Shown: positions 46,914 through 59,087, counted from the first letter of the stretch. The stretch is DNA of 64,000 nucleotides from Candidatus Omnitrophota bacterium (GCA_028716565.1 JAQUPL010000003.1:1473-65472), one strand, 5' to 3'. Translations and numbers: made by a program. Notes: generated from the letters alone by a model not told the origin.

Positions 46914-49690
46914 CCTTATTGGAAAAAGAACTTAGAAAGATCATCAAAGGTGATGTCCTTTTTGATGATTTGACCCGCCATATCTATTCCTTCGGCGCGT
47001 CGATTTATAAGATCAGACCGAAAGGCATCGTCATCCCTAAGGACAAGGACGATGTCGCCGCGCTGGTCAAATACGCTTTCCGGAACAATATCCCCCTTAC
47101 TGCCCGCGGCGCGTGCACAAGCCTCGCCGGCCAGGCGGTAGGCAACGGCATAATAATCGATTTCACCAAATACATGAATAAGGCCATCGACTATAAAGGC
47201 GGCGACACGGCCACTGTCCAGCCCGGAATCGTCTACGGCGAGTTGAACAAATTATTGGCCAGGTACGGGAAATTCTTCCCGCCCGACCCTTCGAGCGGGG
47301 ATTACTGCACGATAGGCGGGATGATCGCCGATAATTCGGGCGGGCCGCATTCGGTGAAATACGGCACTACCGCGGATTGGGTCCTTGAACTCGAGGCCGT
47401 CCTCGCGAATGGTGACAGGGTTATCCTGTCGCCGCGCGTTAAGATAAAAGATATCTCGATACCGCTCGCGGAATTACTAAAAAATAGCGAGGAAGTCATA
47501 AAGAGATCCGTTCCCAGGGTCATGAGGAGCTCTAGCGGATACAATGTCTACGATATCCTTAAAGGCGATTGGGTAGACCTGGTGAAATTGATGGCCGGCT
47601 CCGAGGGCACTCTGGCGATCATAACCGAGGCGAAACTGAGATTGGCGCCCCTGGTCGGGATGCGCGCATCGCTCCTGTTATTCCTGAAAGACCTGCAGTC
47701 GATAGCGGATATCGTCGCCGAGCTTCGCGGCCTTTCGGCTTCGGCGATAGAGTTCATGGACGAGACTTTCATCAAACTCGCCGTCGAAGCGGAGCCGAAA
47801 CTCAGGGACCTTCTCCAGAATGGGGCGAAGGGGGTATTGCTCGTCGAGCTGGAAGAGAACAGCACGCCGTCCCTCGACGGGAAGATAGACGCCGTAAAAG
47901 GCCGGCTCCTTAAGGAGAGGAAACTTATATCGGGGATGAGTGTTGCCAGGGACGCGGACGAGCAAGACCGCCTTTGGGGGGTCCGGCGCGCGGCAGTCCC
48001 GATCACCAACAGGATAAAAGGGAAGAAGCGCCCGGTCCCGTTCATCGAGGATGCGATAGTCCCTCCGGAGAACCTGGACGATTTTATAATAGGCGCTTAC
48101 GCGATATTTGAAAAATACGGCGTCGAAGCATGCGTCTACGGGCATGCAGGGGACGGCAATATGCACATACGCCCGCTCCTCGATATGAGGGATAAGGAGG
48201 ATCTCGCCAAGATCGACGGGATCGCCGACGATTTTTACAGGATGGTCATCTCGCTCGGCGGTTCGACCACCGCCGAACACGGCGACGGCATATTGAGGGT
48301 CCCGTATCTCAAGAAGCAGTTCGGCCCGCTTTACGATATCTTCGTCCGGATAAAGGATATCTTCGACCCGAAAGGCATTTTAAATCCCGGAAAGAAGATA
48401 GGCAAGGACGGGACGATCACTCACGACTTGATCTACGACGCCGGCATAAAATATGTCGATACGAAGACCGTGTTTGATTCGGAGAAGATAAGGGAGGAGA
48501 TCGGGAAGTGCCATGCCTGCGGCCTTTGCAGGAACGTATGCCCGGTGAATATCAGCCTGCCGCAGGAACTCGCTTCGCCGCGCGCCAAGGCCGCGATACT
48601 TAAGGCCGTAATTACCGGCGAGTTGGATAAAAGGCTGCTCAGGGACAAGACCATCAAAGGCGTTCTTGACCTGTGCATCAATTGCAAGTCCTGCCGCGTA
48701 GAATGCCCTACCGGCGCGGACGTCTCCGAGCTTTGCGCCCTGGCTAAAGAGATATACGTAAGGGAATGGGGCGTGCCGTTCTCCCAGTCTGTCCTGGAAA
48801 ATATGAGGTTCCTCGGTTCGGCCTCGGCCGAATTAACGGTCCTCGCCGATATTTTCATGTGTTCAACGTTCGGCAGGCGCCTCATGCAGTCCTCCCTCGG
48901 CCTGGACGAGAGGCGTCTCCTGCCCAAGCCCTGCGTCCCGCCGTTCGAGAAAAGAAGATTGAGCGGGAAGAGCGGCAGGAGGAGGGTCGCGTATTTTTAT
49001 GGCTGCTATGTGAATTTTTTTAACGCGGACGGCGAAGGCGCGGCCGCGCTTAAGGTATTCGAGAAGAATAATATAGAGGTCGTCATTCCTCGCCAGAGAT
49101 GCTGCGGCATCCCGAGCATATCATCCGGCAACACCGACGCCGTCAGGAAAGACATCTCCTATAACCTAAAATACCTTAACGAGGCAGTGAAGTCGGGCTG
49201 CGATATCGTGACAGGGTGCCCAAGCTGCGGGCTCGCCCTTAAAGAGGATTATCCGAGGATACTCTCTACGCCCACGGCGCTGCTTGTCTCGCAGAAGACA
49301 TTCGATATCCACGAATATCTCTGGATCCTGTTCAACGAAGGCGAGATGAACACTGATTTTAAGCCATCGGGCAAGAGCGTCGTATTCCATGCCCCCTGCC
49401 ACCTCAAGGCCCAGGAGATCGGCGATCTGCAGCAATGCCTGGTCGAACTGGTCCCGGGAGTGTCGATAAAGAAGATCACGGATTCATGCTGCGGCATGGG
49501 CGGGACGTTCGGGCTCAAAAAGGAGAATTACGATCTCTCGCTTGCCATCGGGGAAAGGCTGTTCAGGGAGCTAAAGGAAGCGAACGCCGACTATATCCTG
49601 ACAGGCTGCGGAGCGTGCAAGTCCCAGATATCGCAAACCACCTTAACGAAGGTCATCCATCCTATCGAATTCCTCGCCGACCACTACTAG
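46910..49690 (+). CDS. FAD-linked oxidase (GlcD-like) fused to a GlcF/HdrD-like Fe-S/CCG module; D-lactate dehydrogenase-like
   Basis: N-terminal FAD-binding fold. Two 4Fe-4S motifs CHACGLCRNVCP and CINCKSCRVECP. Two CCG motifs CCGIPS and CCGMGG. ATGA overlap with larA. Confidence 0.65.
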   Translation: MTLLEKELRKIIKGDVLFDDLTRHIYSFGASIYKIRPKGIVIPKDKDDVAALVKYAFRNNIPLTARGACTSLAGQAVGNGIIIDFTKYMNKAIDYKGGDTATVQPGIVYGELNKLLARYGKFFPPDPSSGDYCTIGGMIADNSGGPHSVKYGTTADWVLELEAVLANGDRVILSPRVKIKDISIPLAELLKNSEEVIKRSVPRVMRSSSGYNVYDILKGDWVDLVKLMAGSEGTLAIITEAKLRLAPLVGMRASLLLFLKDLQSIADIVAELRGLSASAIEFMDETFIKLAVEAEPKLRDLLQNGAKGVLLVELEENSTPSLDGKIDAVKGRLLKERKLISGMSVARDADEQDRLWGVRRAAVPITNRIKGKKRPVPFIEDAIVPPENLDDFIIGAYAIFEKYGVEACVYGHAGDGNMHIRPLLDMRDKEDLAKIDGIADDFYRMVISLGGSTTAEHGDGILRVPYLKKQFGPLYDIFVRIKDIFDPKGILNPGKKIGKDGTITHDLIYDAGIKYVDTKTVFDSEKIREEIGKCHACGLCRNVCPVNISLPQELASPRAKAAILKAVITGELDKRLLRDKTIKGVLDLCINCKSCRVECPTGADVSELCALAKEIYVREWGVPFSQSVLENMRFLGSASAELTVLADIFMCSTFGRRLMQSSLGLDERRLLPKPCVPPFEKRRLSGKSGRRRVAYFYGCYVNFFNADGEGAAALKVFEKNNIEVVIPRQRCCGIPSISSGNTDAVRKDISYNLKYLNEAVKSGCDIVTGCPSCGLALKEDYPRILSTPTALLVSQKTFDIHEYLWILFNEGEMNTDFKPSGKSVVFHAPCHLKAQEIGDLQQCLVELVPGVSIKKITDSCCGMGGTFGLKKENYDLSLAIGERLFRELKEANADYILTGCGACKSQISQTTLTKVIHPIEFLADHY

Positions 49691-49698
49691 GGGACGCT

Positions 49699-50835
49699 TC
49701 ACTTTCTTAACTGTTTGAGAATTATCTCCGCGGCGCGCCTGCTCGCGCCGGGCCCGCCCAATCCCGCTTTTACCGCGGCAAGCCGTACCTTCATCGCTCC
49801 CATCTTTTCCAGGGAGGAGAAGAGAGAGGAGACTTCTGAGGATATCTTAGATGGCGTCGCGTCAAATTGTACCAATTCCGGCACTATCTTTTCGCCGGCG
49901 ATAATATTCACGAGGCCTATATTCGGGACCTTGACAAGTAGTTTCCCGACGAGCCACGTAAGAAGAGAGACCTTATATATTATCAGCATCGGCTTCTCGA
50001 GTATCATCGTTTCGACCGTCGCGGTCCCGGAGGCGACCAGGACCAGTTCCGCGGCGTTTATGCAGTCATACGGATGACCTTCCGCGACCGCGGGCTTAAG
50101 CGGCGACTTCTTTAATATCTTTTCGTATGCGGAGGCCTTTATTTCCGGAGGCTTGGCAAGTATGAACTGTGTATCCCCGAACCTGTCCTTTATCCGTTTG
50201 GCGGCTTTGAGCATTATAGGGAGATTTCTTTCGATCTCGGTGAGGCGCGATCCGGGCAAGAGGGCTATCGTTTTGAAGGCCGGTTCAAGGCCGTATTTCT
50301 TCAGGAACTCTTCCCTGCCGAAGGAGGGCTTAACCACGTCGAGCAGGGGATGCCCCACGAATTCCACATCTACGCCTTCCTTCGAGTAAAAATCCTTCTC
50401 GAATTTCAGGATGACTATCATCTTGCCGACGTATTTTTTTACGATATTCACGCGTCCCTTGCGCCATGCCCATATCTGAGGGCTGATGTAATATATGACG
50501 GGGATGCCGCGTTTCTTTGCCTCTTTCGCGAACCGCAGGTTGAATTCCGGATAATCGATAAGGATGACTGCGTCAGGTTTTTCGGAATCGAGCTTTCCCG
50601 CGAGAAGGTTGAATGCGTCCTTGAATTTTTTGAGGCTGGATAATATCTCGAGGAGCCCGATAACTGAGAGGTCTTTTATGTCCTGGAACGACCGGAGGCC
50701 GGCCTTGATCATCTTCTCGCCGCCCATGCCGACCAATTTTACGTCCGGTTCGAGTTCTTTTAACGCGAGAACGAGGCTTGAGCCGTGCAGGTCGCCCGAA
50801 GCCTCGCCCGCTATTATCATTATCTTTTTAGGCAT
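49699..50835 (-). CDS. lpxB: Lipid-A-disaccharide synthase
   Basis: KIMIIAGEASGDLHG. Confidence 0.8.
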   Translation of the reverse strand: MPKKIMIIAGEASGDLHGSSLVLALKELEPDVKLVGMGGEKMIKAGLRSFQDIKDLSVIGLLEILSSLKKFKDAFNLLAGKLDSEKPDAVILIDYPEFNLRFAKEAKKRGIPVIYYISPQIWAWRKGRVNIVKKYVGKMIVILKFEKDFYSKEGVDVEFVGHPLLDVVKPSFGREEFLKKYGLEPAFKTIALLPGSRLTEIERNLPIMLKAAKRIKDRFGDTQFILAKPPEIKASAYEKILKKSPLKPAVAEGHPYDCINAAELVLVASGTATVETMILEKPMLIIYKVSLLTWLVGKLLVKVPNIGLVNIIAGEKIVPELVQFDATPSKISSEVSSLFSSLEKMGAMKVRLAAVKAGLGGPGASRRAAEIILKQLRK

Positions 50836-51760
50836 TATTCTTCAGGTTTTCCCTTATTGCGTCCTCTATCTGCAGCGCGAATTTAAGCGCGTCGCGCCCT
50901 TCCTCGCCGGAAACGAGCGGCCGCTCGCCGGTCCTCACGCAGTTTATGAAGGCCTCGAGCTCTTTTTTTAGCGGCTCTTCTTTTTTGATGTTTATAAGTT
51001 TTCCGGTGATCCTGTTGTTGACCTTCCTATAGAGCACCGCTTCCTGCTTGATGTAATCGAGCGATACATAGCAGTCGTCCTTAAAGAGGCGTATCTTGCG
51101 CATTTCGGATTTCGTGACGCGGCTCGCGGTCAGGTTCGCGACAGCGCCGTTCTTGAACCTTATCCTGACGTTCGCGAGGTCCTCGTGGTCGGTCAGGATA
51201 TTTACGCCGACCGCGTCTATCGATGAGATCTCGGACTTCACGAGCCCGAGGATGATATCTATGTCATGGATCATCAGGTCGAGGACTACGCCGACGTCGA
51301 GCGCGCGTTTCTTGAAAGGGCCGAGCCTGTGGCATTCGATGAACCTGACGTTGCCCGGTATCTCGTCGAGGGCGCGGACCGCGGCGTTGAACCTTTCGAT
51401 GTGCCCGACCTGGATGATAAGCTTGCGCTCCCTTGCGATATTCAACAGGTCATCGGCCTCGCCGACGAATTTTGTCACCGGTTTCTCTATGAGGACGGAT
51501 ATGCCGTTTAAGAGGCAATCTTTGGCTACGTGATAGTGGAGTTCGGTAGGGACGACCACAGAGGCGCAGTTTACCACGCCGAACATCTGCTTATAATCGG
51601 TGAAAGCGGTAGCTCTGTATTTTCTTGCGAGTTTTTTGGCGCGCCTGATATCAATGTCGCATATTCCGGCGAGCTCGACGCCCTCCATGCCCGCGTATAT
51701 GCGCGCGTGGTGCTGACCCAGATGCCCTACACCTATAACCCCGACCTTTATCTTGTCCAT
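50828..51760 (-). CDS. Gfo/Idh/MocA-family oxidoreductase
   Basis: Rossmann N-terminus KVGVIGVGHLGQHHARIY. Overlaps lpxB by 8 nt. Confidence 0.65.
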   Translation of the reverse strand: MDKIKVGVIGVGHLGQHHARIYAGMEGVELAGICDIDIRRAKKLARKYRATAFTDYKQMFGVVNCASVVVPTELHYHVAKDCLLNGISVLIEKPVTKFVGEADDLLNIARERKLIIQVGHIERFNAAVRALDEIPGNVRFIECHRLGPFKKRALDVGVVLDLMIHDIDIILGLVKSEISSIDAVGVNILTDHEDLANVRIRFKNGAVANLTASRVTKSEMRKIRLFKDDCYVSLDYIKQEAVLYRKVNNRITGKLINIKKEEPLKKELEAFINCVRTGERPLVSGEEGRDALKFALQIEDAIRENLKNNA

Positions 51761-51857
51761 TTTTCGCCTTTCAAGCTATTTTATAGGATAAAAAGTGTGT
51801 TTGCAAGGGCAATTTCGCCTTTACAGCCCCCGTCGCCGTATGGTAAGATTTAATATA

Positions 51858-53681
51858 ATGAAACTCTACCTTCGTTTGCTTAAATTCGTAAAACCCTATA
51901 TTGCTAAGCTGGTTGCGGCAAATTTTTGCATGCTGTTGAATAGTGTCGTCTTTGGGTTCGCGACCACCGCGGCTATATTTCCTATCATAAACCCAATCTT
52001 GCGAAACGCCCCGATGACAGTACCGGAAAAATTACCGCAATTTCTTAGGGATTTTATAAATTATGCTAATGCCGTCCCGCGGCTCGACCTTTTTATGTAT
52101 GTAATCATCGGCATGGTCATGGCCTTCTTCTTCAGAGGGATGTTCAACTTTCTCCAGGGATATCTCATGACCGATGTCAGCACAAGGGTGCTTACCGACA
52201 TGAGAAGGGCGATATACGACAAACTTCTGCAATTCTCCCTCGATTTTTACAACAAGTCCCATACGGGCGCGCTCGTATCACGCATAACCTACGATACCAG
52301 TGTAATACAAAATTCCGTGACGGAAGGGCTTACGAACCTTGTTTATCAGAGTTCACAAGTTATAGTTTACATATTTATAGTATTCTTTACGCGGGCGATG
52401 TACGACATCAGCTGGTTGCTGGTTATGCTCAGTTTCGTGGTGTTGCCGATAGTGATGTTGCCGATAGTGCAGATAGGCAAGAAATTAAGGAAGATCTCCA
52501 GGCAGACGCAGGAGCAGATGGGGGACGTCACCACGACTCTCGTCGAGACCATAGGCGGCATGCGCATCGTGAAGGCCTTCTCCATGGAACCCTCAGAAAA
52601 AAATAAGTTTTCCAACCAGAACAACGGCCTGTATAAGATGTTCATGAGGTCGGCGAAGAGGGAAAAGATACTCGACTGGGTCACCGAATTTACTGCTGTT
52701 GGCTGGGTTTGTTTGATATTGTGGCTGGGAGGAAGGGATTTTATCGCAAAGGGTGCGGATCCCGCGGGTTTCATCGTCTTCATCTTCGCGATATTCATGC
52801 TTGCCAGGCCGCTCAGCGCGCTAGGGAAGGTAAATTCCATCAACCAGAAAGCCCTCGGCGCGGCCGAGAGGATATTCGATCTCCTAGATATGGAGATGAC
52901 GGTCCGCGAGAAGCCCGGCGCCGCCAAAATGGATGACTTTTGCGACACTATCGTATTCGAAAAAATCAATTTCTCGTATGAAAAAGAGGCCGTGCTCAAA
53001 GGCATAGATCTCACGGTGAAGCGGGGCGAGATCCTCGCCATAGTAGGACCCAGCGGCAGCGGAAAATCCACCCTGGTGAACCTCATCCCCAGGTTTTACG
53101 ATCCGAATAACGGCCGTATCCTTATTGATAACAATGACATAAAAGAAGTGACCTTTGACTCGCTGCGCGGCCAGGTAGGCATTGTCACGCAGGAGACGAT
53201 ACTCTTCCACGATACGATAAAGACGAATATTGCCTATGGGAACCAGGCCGCTTCAGGCGAGGAGATAATAAATGCGGCAAAAATCGCCAACGCCCATGAT
53301 TTCATATCAAAACTTCCCAAGGGCTATGACACGATAGTCGGCGAGAGAGGTTACCGTCTTTCCGGAGGCGAGCGCCAGAGGATAGCAATAGCCCGCGCCG
53401 TGCTCAAGGATGAACCTATTTTGATACTGGACGAGGCGACTTCCCAGTTAGACATGGAATCCGAGAAGCTGGTGCAGGACGCCCTGGAGAAGCTCATAAG
53501 GGGCAGGACCGTCTTTGTGATCGCCCACAGGCTCTCAACCGTCAAATTTGCCACCAAGATCATCGTCCTGGACAAGGGCAGGATAGTCGAGACAGGAACT
53601 CACGAGGAATTAGTCCGCAAGAATGGCCTCTATAAACGTCTCTATGACCTCCAGTTCTTAGAAGAAAAAGGCTTGAATTAA
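51858..53681 (+). CDS. msbA: ABC exporter, fused permease/ATPase (MsbA-like lipid A flippase)
   Basis: 6-TM domain. Walker A GPSGSGKST. Signature LSGGERQR. Upstream ATGs at 51795 and 51840 are also possible. Confidence 0.7.
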   Translation: MKLYLRLLKFVKPYIAKLVAANFCMLLNSVVFGFATTAAIFPIINPILRNAPMTVPEKLPQFLRDFINYANAVPRLDLFMYVIIGMVMAFFFRGMFNFLQGYLMTDVSTRVLTDMRRAIYDKLLQFSLDFYNKSHTGALVSRITYDTSVIQNSVTEGLTNLVYQSSQVIVYIFIVFFTRAMYDISWLLVMLSFVVLPIVMLPIVQIGKKLRKISRQTQEQMGDVTTTLVETIGGMRIVKAFSMEPSEKNKFSNQNNGLYKMFMRSAKREKILDWVTEFTAVGWVCLILWLGGRDFIAKGADPAGFIVFIFAIFMLARPLSALGKVNSINQKALGAAERIFDLLDMEMTVREKPGAAKMDDFCDTIVFEKINFSYEKEAVLKGIDLTVKRGEILAIVGPSGSGKSTLVNLIPRFYDPNNGRILIDNNDIKEVTFDSLRGQVGIVTQETILFHDTIKTNIAYGNQAASGEEIINAAKIANAHDFISKLPKGYDTIVGERGYRLSGGERQRIAIARAVLKDEPILILDEATSQLDMESEKLVQDALEKLIRGRTVFVIAHRLSTVKFATKIIVLDKGRIVETGTHEELVRKNGLYKRLYDLQFLEEKGLN

Positions 53682-53800
53682 CCCCTCGGTTGTGCTAAAA
53701 TTACCCGATTATCGAGCCCCTGACATAATTAAGGGCGAGATCCTTGACCGCAGTCAAGGACGAGAAGTTTAAAGCAAATAAACATAAGGAGGAGGTTTCG

Positions 53801-54661
53801 TTGGCAGCTACGCAGACTATAAAACAGTTACTTGAAGCGGGAGTCCACTTCGGCCACCAGAAGAAACGTTGGAACCCCAAGATGAAGAAATTCATCTTTG
53901 GAGAGAAGAACGGCATCTACATCATCGACCTGGAGAAGACCGAGAAGGCGTTGGAGAAAGCGCTCGGCTATTTGAGGGACATAGCCTCGAAAGGCGATAT
54001 AGTCCTCTTCGTGGGGACGAAGAAACAGGCGAAGGACGTCATGAAGGAGGAGGCCCTGCGCAGCGGCATGTTTTACGTGACCGAGCGCTGGCTGGGCGGC
54101 ATGCTCACTAACTTTGCGACGCTCAAAAAATCGATAAAAAGGCATAAAGATATCACCCGGATGAAGGAAGACGGCACCATGGAGAAGCTTTCCAAGAAAG
54201 AAGTGGCAAGGCTTACCAGGGAACAGGCGAAACTCAACCGCGTCCTCGAAGGCGTGCTTGATATGGGCAAGGTCCCGGCCGCCATTTTCATAGTCGACTC
54301 GAAGAAAGAGGAGATCGCCGTCGCCGAAGCGAATAAACTGGGCCTGGCGGTAGTCGGGCTCATAGATACCAATTGCGACCCGGACAAGATAGATTACCCG
54401 ATACCCGGCAACGACGACGCCATCCGCTCGATAAAGCTTATTTCGGGCATGGTCTCTGACGCGATAATGCAGGGAAGGAAGGCCTACCTCGACGGAAAAG
54501 CCGCCGAAGAAGCGAGGGCCGCCGCCGAAGCCGGCGAAGAGGAGAAGGTTGAAGTGGACGAAGAAGCGGTCGAGGACCTGAGCAAGAAGGTCCTTAAGGG
54601 AAAGAAGGCCGCCCCGGAAGAACCGGCAGCGAAGAAAACCAAAAAGACAACAAAGGTCTAA
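53801..54661 (+). CDS. rpsB: 30S ribosomal protein S2
   Basis: TTG start after AAGGAGG. LLEAGVHFGHQKKRWNPKM. Confidence 0.8.
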   Translation: MAATQTIKQLLEAGVHFGHQKKRWNPKMKKFIFGEKNGIYIIDLEKTEKALEKALGYLRDIASKGDIVLFVGTKKQAKDVMKEEALRSGMFYVTERWLGGMLTNFATLKKSIKRHKDITRMKEDGTMEKLSKKEVARLTREQAKLNRVLEGVLDMGKVPAAIFIVDSKKEEIAVAEANKLGLAVVGLIDTNCDPDKIDYPIPGNDDAIRSIKLISGMVSDAIMQGRKAYLDGKAAEEARAAAEAGEEEKVEVDEEAVEDLSKKVLKGKKAAPEEPAAKKTKKTTKV

Positions 54662-54665
54662 ATAG

Positions 54666-55911
<1,246 letters not shown>

Positions 55912-55929
55912 GAAGAAGGAGAGGGCGAG

Positions 55930-56505
55930 ATGGACTTCGAAGGACATACTATAAAAGAGATACTGATCGATACGGAAACGAGGATGAAAAAGAGCGGGGA
56001 AGTGCTCTCGCACGAGTTTTCCACGGTCCGCACAGGCCGCGCGACGCCGGCGCTTGTCGACGGCATAAGGGTAGATTATTTCGGCACGCCGACGCCCTTA
56101 AAATCGCTCGCGGCGATATCGACGCCGGACGCGAAACTCATAGTGATCCAGCCGTGGGACGCGACGGTCTGCGGCGATATAGAGAAGGCCATATTAAAAT
56201 CCGATCTCGGGATAACGCCGGTGAACGACGGGAAGCTCATCCGCCTGCAGATACCGGACCTCTCGAAAGAGCGCCGCATCGAGCTGGCCAAGGTTGTAAA
56301 GAAGATGGCCGAGGACGGCAGGATATCCGTAAGGAATGTCCGCCACGCGGCGATAGAGCATTTGAAGAAGATCGAAAAAGAGAAGATCATCACGGAAGAC
56401 GAGAAGTTCACCGGCCAGGACGCTATCCAGAAGCTGACCGACAAGTATATCGCCAAAGTCGAAGAGCTATTGGCAGCCAAAGAAAAAGAGATAACAGAGA
56501 TTTAG
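55930..56505 (+). CDS. frr: Ribosome recycling factor
   Basis: FSTVRTGRATPALVDGIRVDYFG. Confidence 0.85.
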   Translation: MDFEGHTIKEILIDTETRMKKSGEVLSHEFSTVRTGRATPALVDGIRVDYFGTPTPLKSLAAISTPDAKLIVIQPWDATVCGDIEKAILKSDLGITPVNDGKLIRLQIPDLSKERRIELAKVVKKMAEDGRISVRNVRHAAIEHLKKIEKEKIITEDEKFTGQDAIQKLTDKYIAKVEELLAAKEKEITEI

Positions 56506-56510
56506 CAAGT

Positions 56511-56586
56511 GAGCCGCTAGCTCATCCGGTAGAGCAACGGCCTTTTAAGCCGTGGGTGCTGAGTTCAAGTCTCAGGCGGCTCACCA
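56511..56586 (+). tRNA. tRNA-Lys (TTT)
   Basis: Acceptor GAGCCGC/GCGGCTC. Anticodon loop CTTTTAA. CCA encoded. Confidence 0.8.
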
Positions 56587-56608
56587 ATTTTTTTACGGCG
56601 AACCAGAC

Positions 56609-57892
56609 ATGCTAGACTTAAAATTCATAAGAGATAATCCCGATAAGGTAAAGAAGGCCTGCGAAGAACGCGGCAAGCCCGCGGATATCGACGGTCTTTT
56701 GTCGCTTGATGAGAAACGCCGCAAGGCCCTTAAAGAGACCGAGGATATCAAGCGCAGCAAGAATATCGCCTCGGACGAGATAGCGAAACTTCTTCGCGAG
56801 AAACAGGATGCCAAGGCGACGATCGCCGGGATGAAGGCGATCTCGGAAAAAGAAAAATCTCTCGACGAGGAAATAAGGGTTATAGAGAAGGATATCCAGG
56901 CCGCGCTGTATAATATCCCGAATATCCCGCACGAGTCCGTGCCTGTCGGCAAGGACGCCTCCGCAAATAAGATAGTAAGGGCATGGGGCAAGGAGAGGAA
57001 GTTAGGTTTTAAGCCGCTCACGCATATCGAACTGGGCGAATATCTCGATATATTGGACTTCCCGCGCGCCGCGAAGATAACCGGGAGCAATTTCCCGCTC
57101 TTTAAGGGCGACGGGGCGAAACTTGAGCGTTCTTTGATAAATTTTATGCTGGACCTTCACACGAAGGAGCACGGATACAGGGAGATCTTCCCGCCGTTTT
57201 TGGTCAACCGCGCCTCGATGACAGGGACGGGCCAGCTGCCTAAATTTGAGGAAGATATGTACCGGCTGAAAGACGAGGACCTGTTCCTTGTCCCGACCGC
57301 GGAGGTGCCACTTACGAACCTTCACATGAATGAGATCCTCGATGAAGAGATCCTGCCGGTCTATTACACTGCCTATACGGCGTGTTTCAGGCGCGAGGCC
57401 GGTTCTTACGGCAAGGATACCAAGGGCCTGATGCGCGTCCACCAATTCGATAAGGTCGAATTGGTCAAGTTCGTGAAACCCGGCACGTCCTATGATGAGC
57501 TCGAAAAACTCGTCGTGAACGCCGAGAAGGTCCTCCAAAAACTTGACCTGCAGTACAGGATCGTCGCGCTATCTACCGGCGACCTGAGCTTTGCGGCGGC
57601 GAAATGCTATGATTTTGAGGCATTCGCCCCCGGTGTCAACGCCTGGCTTGAGGTCTCGAGCTGTTCCAATTTCGAGGATTTCCAGGCGAGGCGCGCCAGC
57701 ATAAAATTCCGTTCCAAAGATACGGGCAAGTCCGAATATGTCCATACGTTAAACGGCTCGGGCGTGGCCATGGCGCGCACGGTCATCGCCATACTCGAGA
57801 ATTACCAGAACAAGGACGGCAGCGTGACTATCCCGGAGGTCCTCCGGCCGTACATGGACGGAAAAGACAAAATAGTCCCGCCGAAAAAATAA
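56609..57892 (+). CDS. serS: Seryl-tRNA synthetase
   Basis: MLDLKFIRDNPDKV. Class II motifs. Confidence 0.85.
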   Translation: MLDLKFIRDNPDKVKKACEERGKPADIDGLLSLDEKRRKALKETEDIKRSKNIASDEIAKLLREKQDAKATIAGMKAISEKEKSLDEEIRVIEKDIQAALYNIPNIPHESVPVGKDASANKIVRAWGKERKLGFKPLTHIELGEYLDILDFPRAAKITGSNFPLFKGDGAKLERSLINFMLDLHTKEHGYREIFPPFLVNRASMTGTGQLPKFEEDMYRLKDEDLFLVPTAEVPLTNLHMNEILDEEILPVYYTAYTACFRREAGSYGKDTKGLMRVHQFDKVELVKFVKPGTSYDELEKLVVNAEKVLQKLDLQYRIVALSTGDLSFAAAKCYDFEAFAPGVNAWLEVSSCSNFEDFQARRASIKFRSKDTGKSEYVHTLNGSGVAMARTVIAILENYQNKDGSVTIPEVLRPYMDGKDKIVPPKK

Positions 57893-58563
57893 TGGGCCGC
57901 ATTACAAAATTCATCGTCTCGATACTCGCCATACCGTTCGTCATCTCCGCCTCTTATTCGCTGTATCATGAGATAGGAAAGATCTATTCGGTCGACAGCA
58001 ACCAGTGGTTTTTCCTGCTCGGCATCGTCGTCTACCTGATAATGCACACGGTGCTCTTCAAGCCGAATGTCGTATATATCTTCGGGCACGAGCTGACGCA
58101 CGCGCTGGCGATGTTCGTCTCAGCCGGGAAAGTCAAGAGCTTCAAGGTCTCGAAGAAAGGCGGGGAGGTCAAGGGGACGAAGGCAAACCTGTTCATCAGC
58201 CTCGCGCCCTATTTCTTCCCGACGTATACCCTGGTGATGATCCTCATCTGGTACATCGCCAAGCAGATCTGGGATATAAGGGATTTTATCGGCGTCTTCC
58301 TATTCGCGGTCGGACTGACGCTGACTTTTCATTTCGTCATGACCGTCGAGTTCCTGAAGACGAAACAGCCGGACCTCGTGAAGAGCGGTTACCTATTTTC
58401 GATAGTCCTGATATACCTTATAAATTTAAGCATCGCGGCGGCCATACTGAATTTCGTGTTCTTTGATTTCTCGTTCAAGAATTACGCGATAAACGCTTAC
58501 GAAGTCGGGAGGGATATGTACCTGTGGCTCTTCAGGCAGATGTTTTCCTTGAGGGGCGCGTAA
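57892..58563 (+). CDS. Polytopic membrane protein with HExxH (FGHELTHA) in a TM segment, putative metalloprotease-like
   Basis: 223 aa and very hydrophobic. Confidence 0.45.
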   Translation: MGRITKFIVSILAIPFVISASYSLYHEIGKIYSVDSNQWFFLLGIVVYLIMHTVLFKPNVVYIFGHELTHALAMFVSAGKVKSFKVSKKGGEVKGTKANLFISLAPYFFPTYTLVMILIWYIAKQIWDIRDFIGVFLFAVGLTLTFHFVMTVEFLKTKQPDLVKSGYLFSIVLIYLINLSIAAAILNFVFFDFSFKNYAINAYEVGRDMYLWLFRQMFSLRGA

Positions 58564-58670
58564 ACTATATGATATAGTTGTTGCATGAGATACTTTTGGA
58601 TGTACCAAGGCGAGTACCCCGACGAATATGTCGTCGGGATCCTGCTTGCTACCACTAAAATAGAGCGAGC

Positions 58671-58761
58671 GGAGAGGTGGCTGAGCGGTTGAAAGCGGCA
58701 GTCTTGAAAACTGTTGTGGGTGTTATGCCCACCCCGAGTTCGAATCTCGGCCTCTCCGCCA
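58671..58761 (+). tRNA. tRNA-Ser (TGA)
   Basis: Long variable arm. Anticodon loop CTTGAAA. CCA encoded. Confidence 0.8.
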
Positions 58762-58843
58762 GAGTCGTTAATTTCTAAGTGCGCGAGTATCCCGCGGAAT
58801 ATATCCGCGGGATCCGCTGCGCTTCTCCCATAATGTAGCTTGC

Positions 58844-58933
58844 GGAGAGTTGGCAGAGTGGTCGAATGCGGCGGTCTCGAAAACCGTTGTCGACGTAAGT
58901 CGACCGGAGGTTCGAATCCTCCACTCTCCGCCA
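58844..58933 (+). tRNA. tRNA-Ser (CGA)
   Basis: Long variable arm. Anticodon loop CTCGAAA. CCA encoded. Confidence 0.8.
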
Positions 58934-59087
58934 TCCTTTCCGGGTAACGGAAAGGATGGCGGATGCCGCAACGAGCGTAGCCGAGCGACAAGCGAGGCAG
59001 TGAGTGCAGCGCCGCCCAAGATTTACATCTGTCATATTGGTGTGCCCCGCTTGAAAACTGTACCACTTTTAGCTGGGGCAGTTCACT

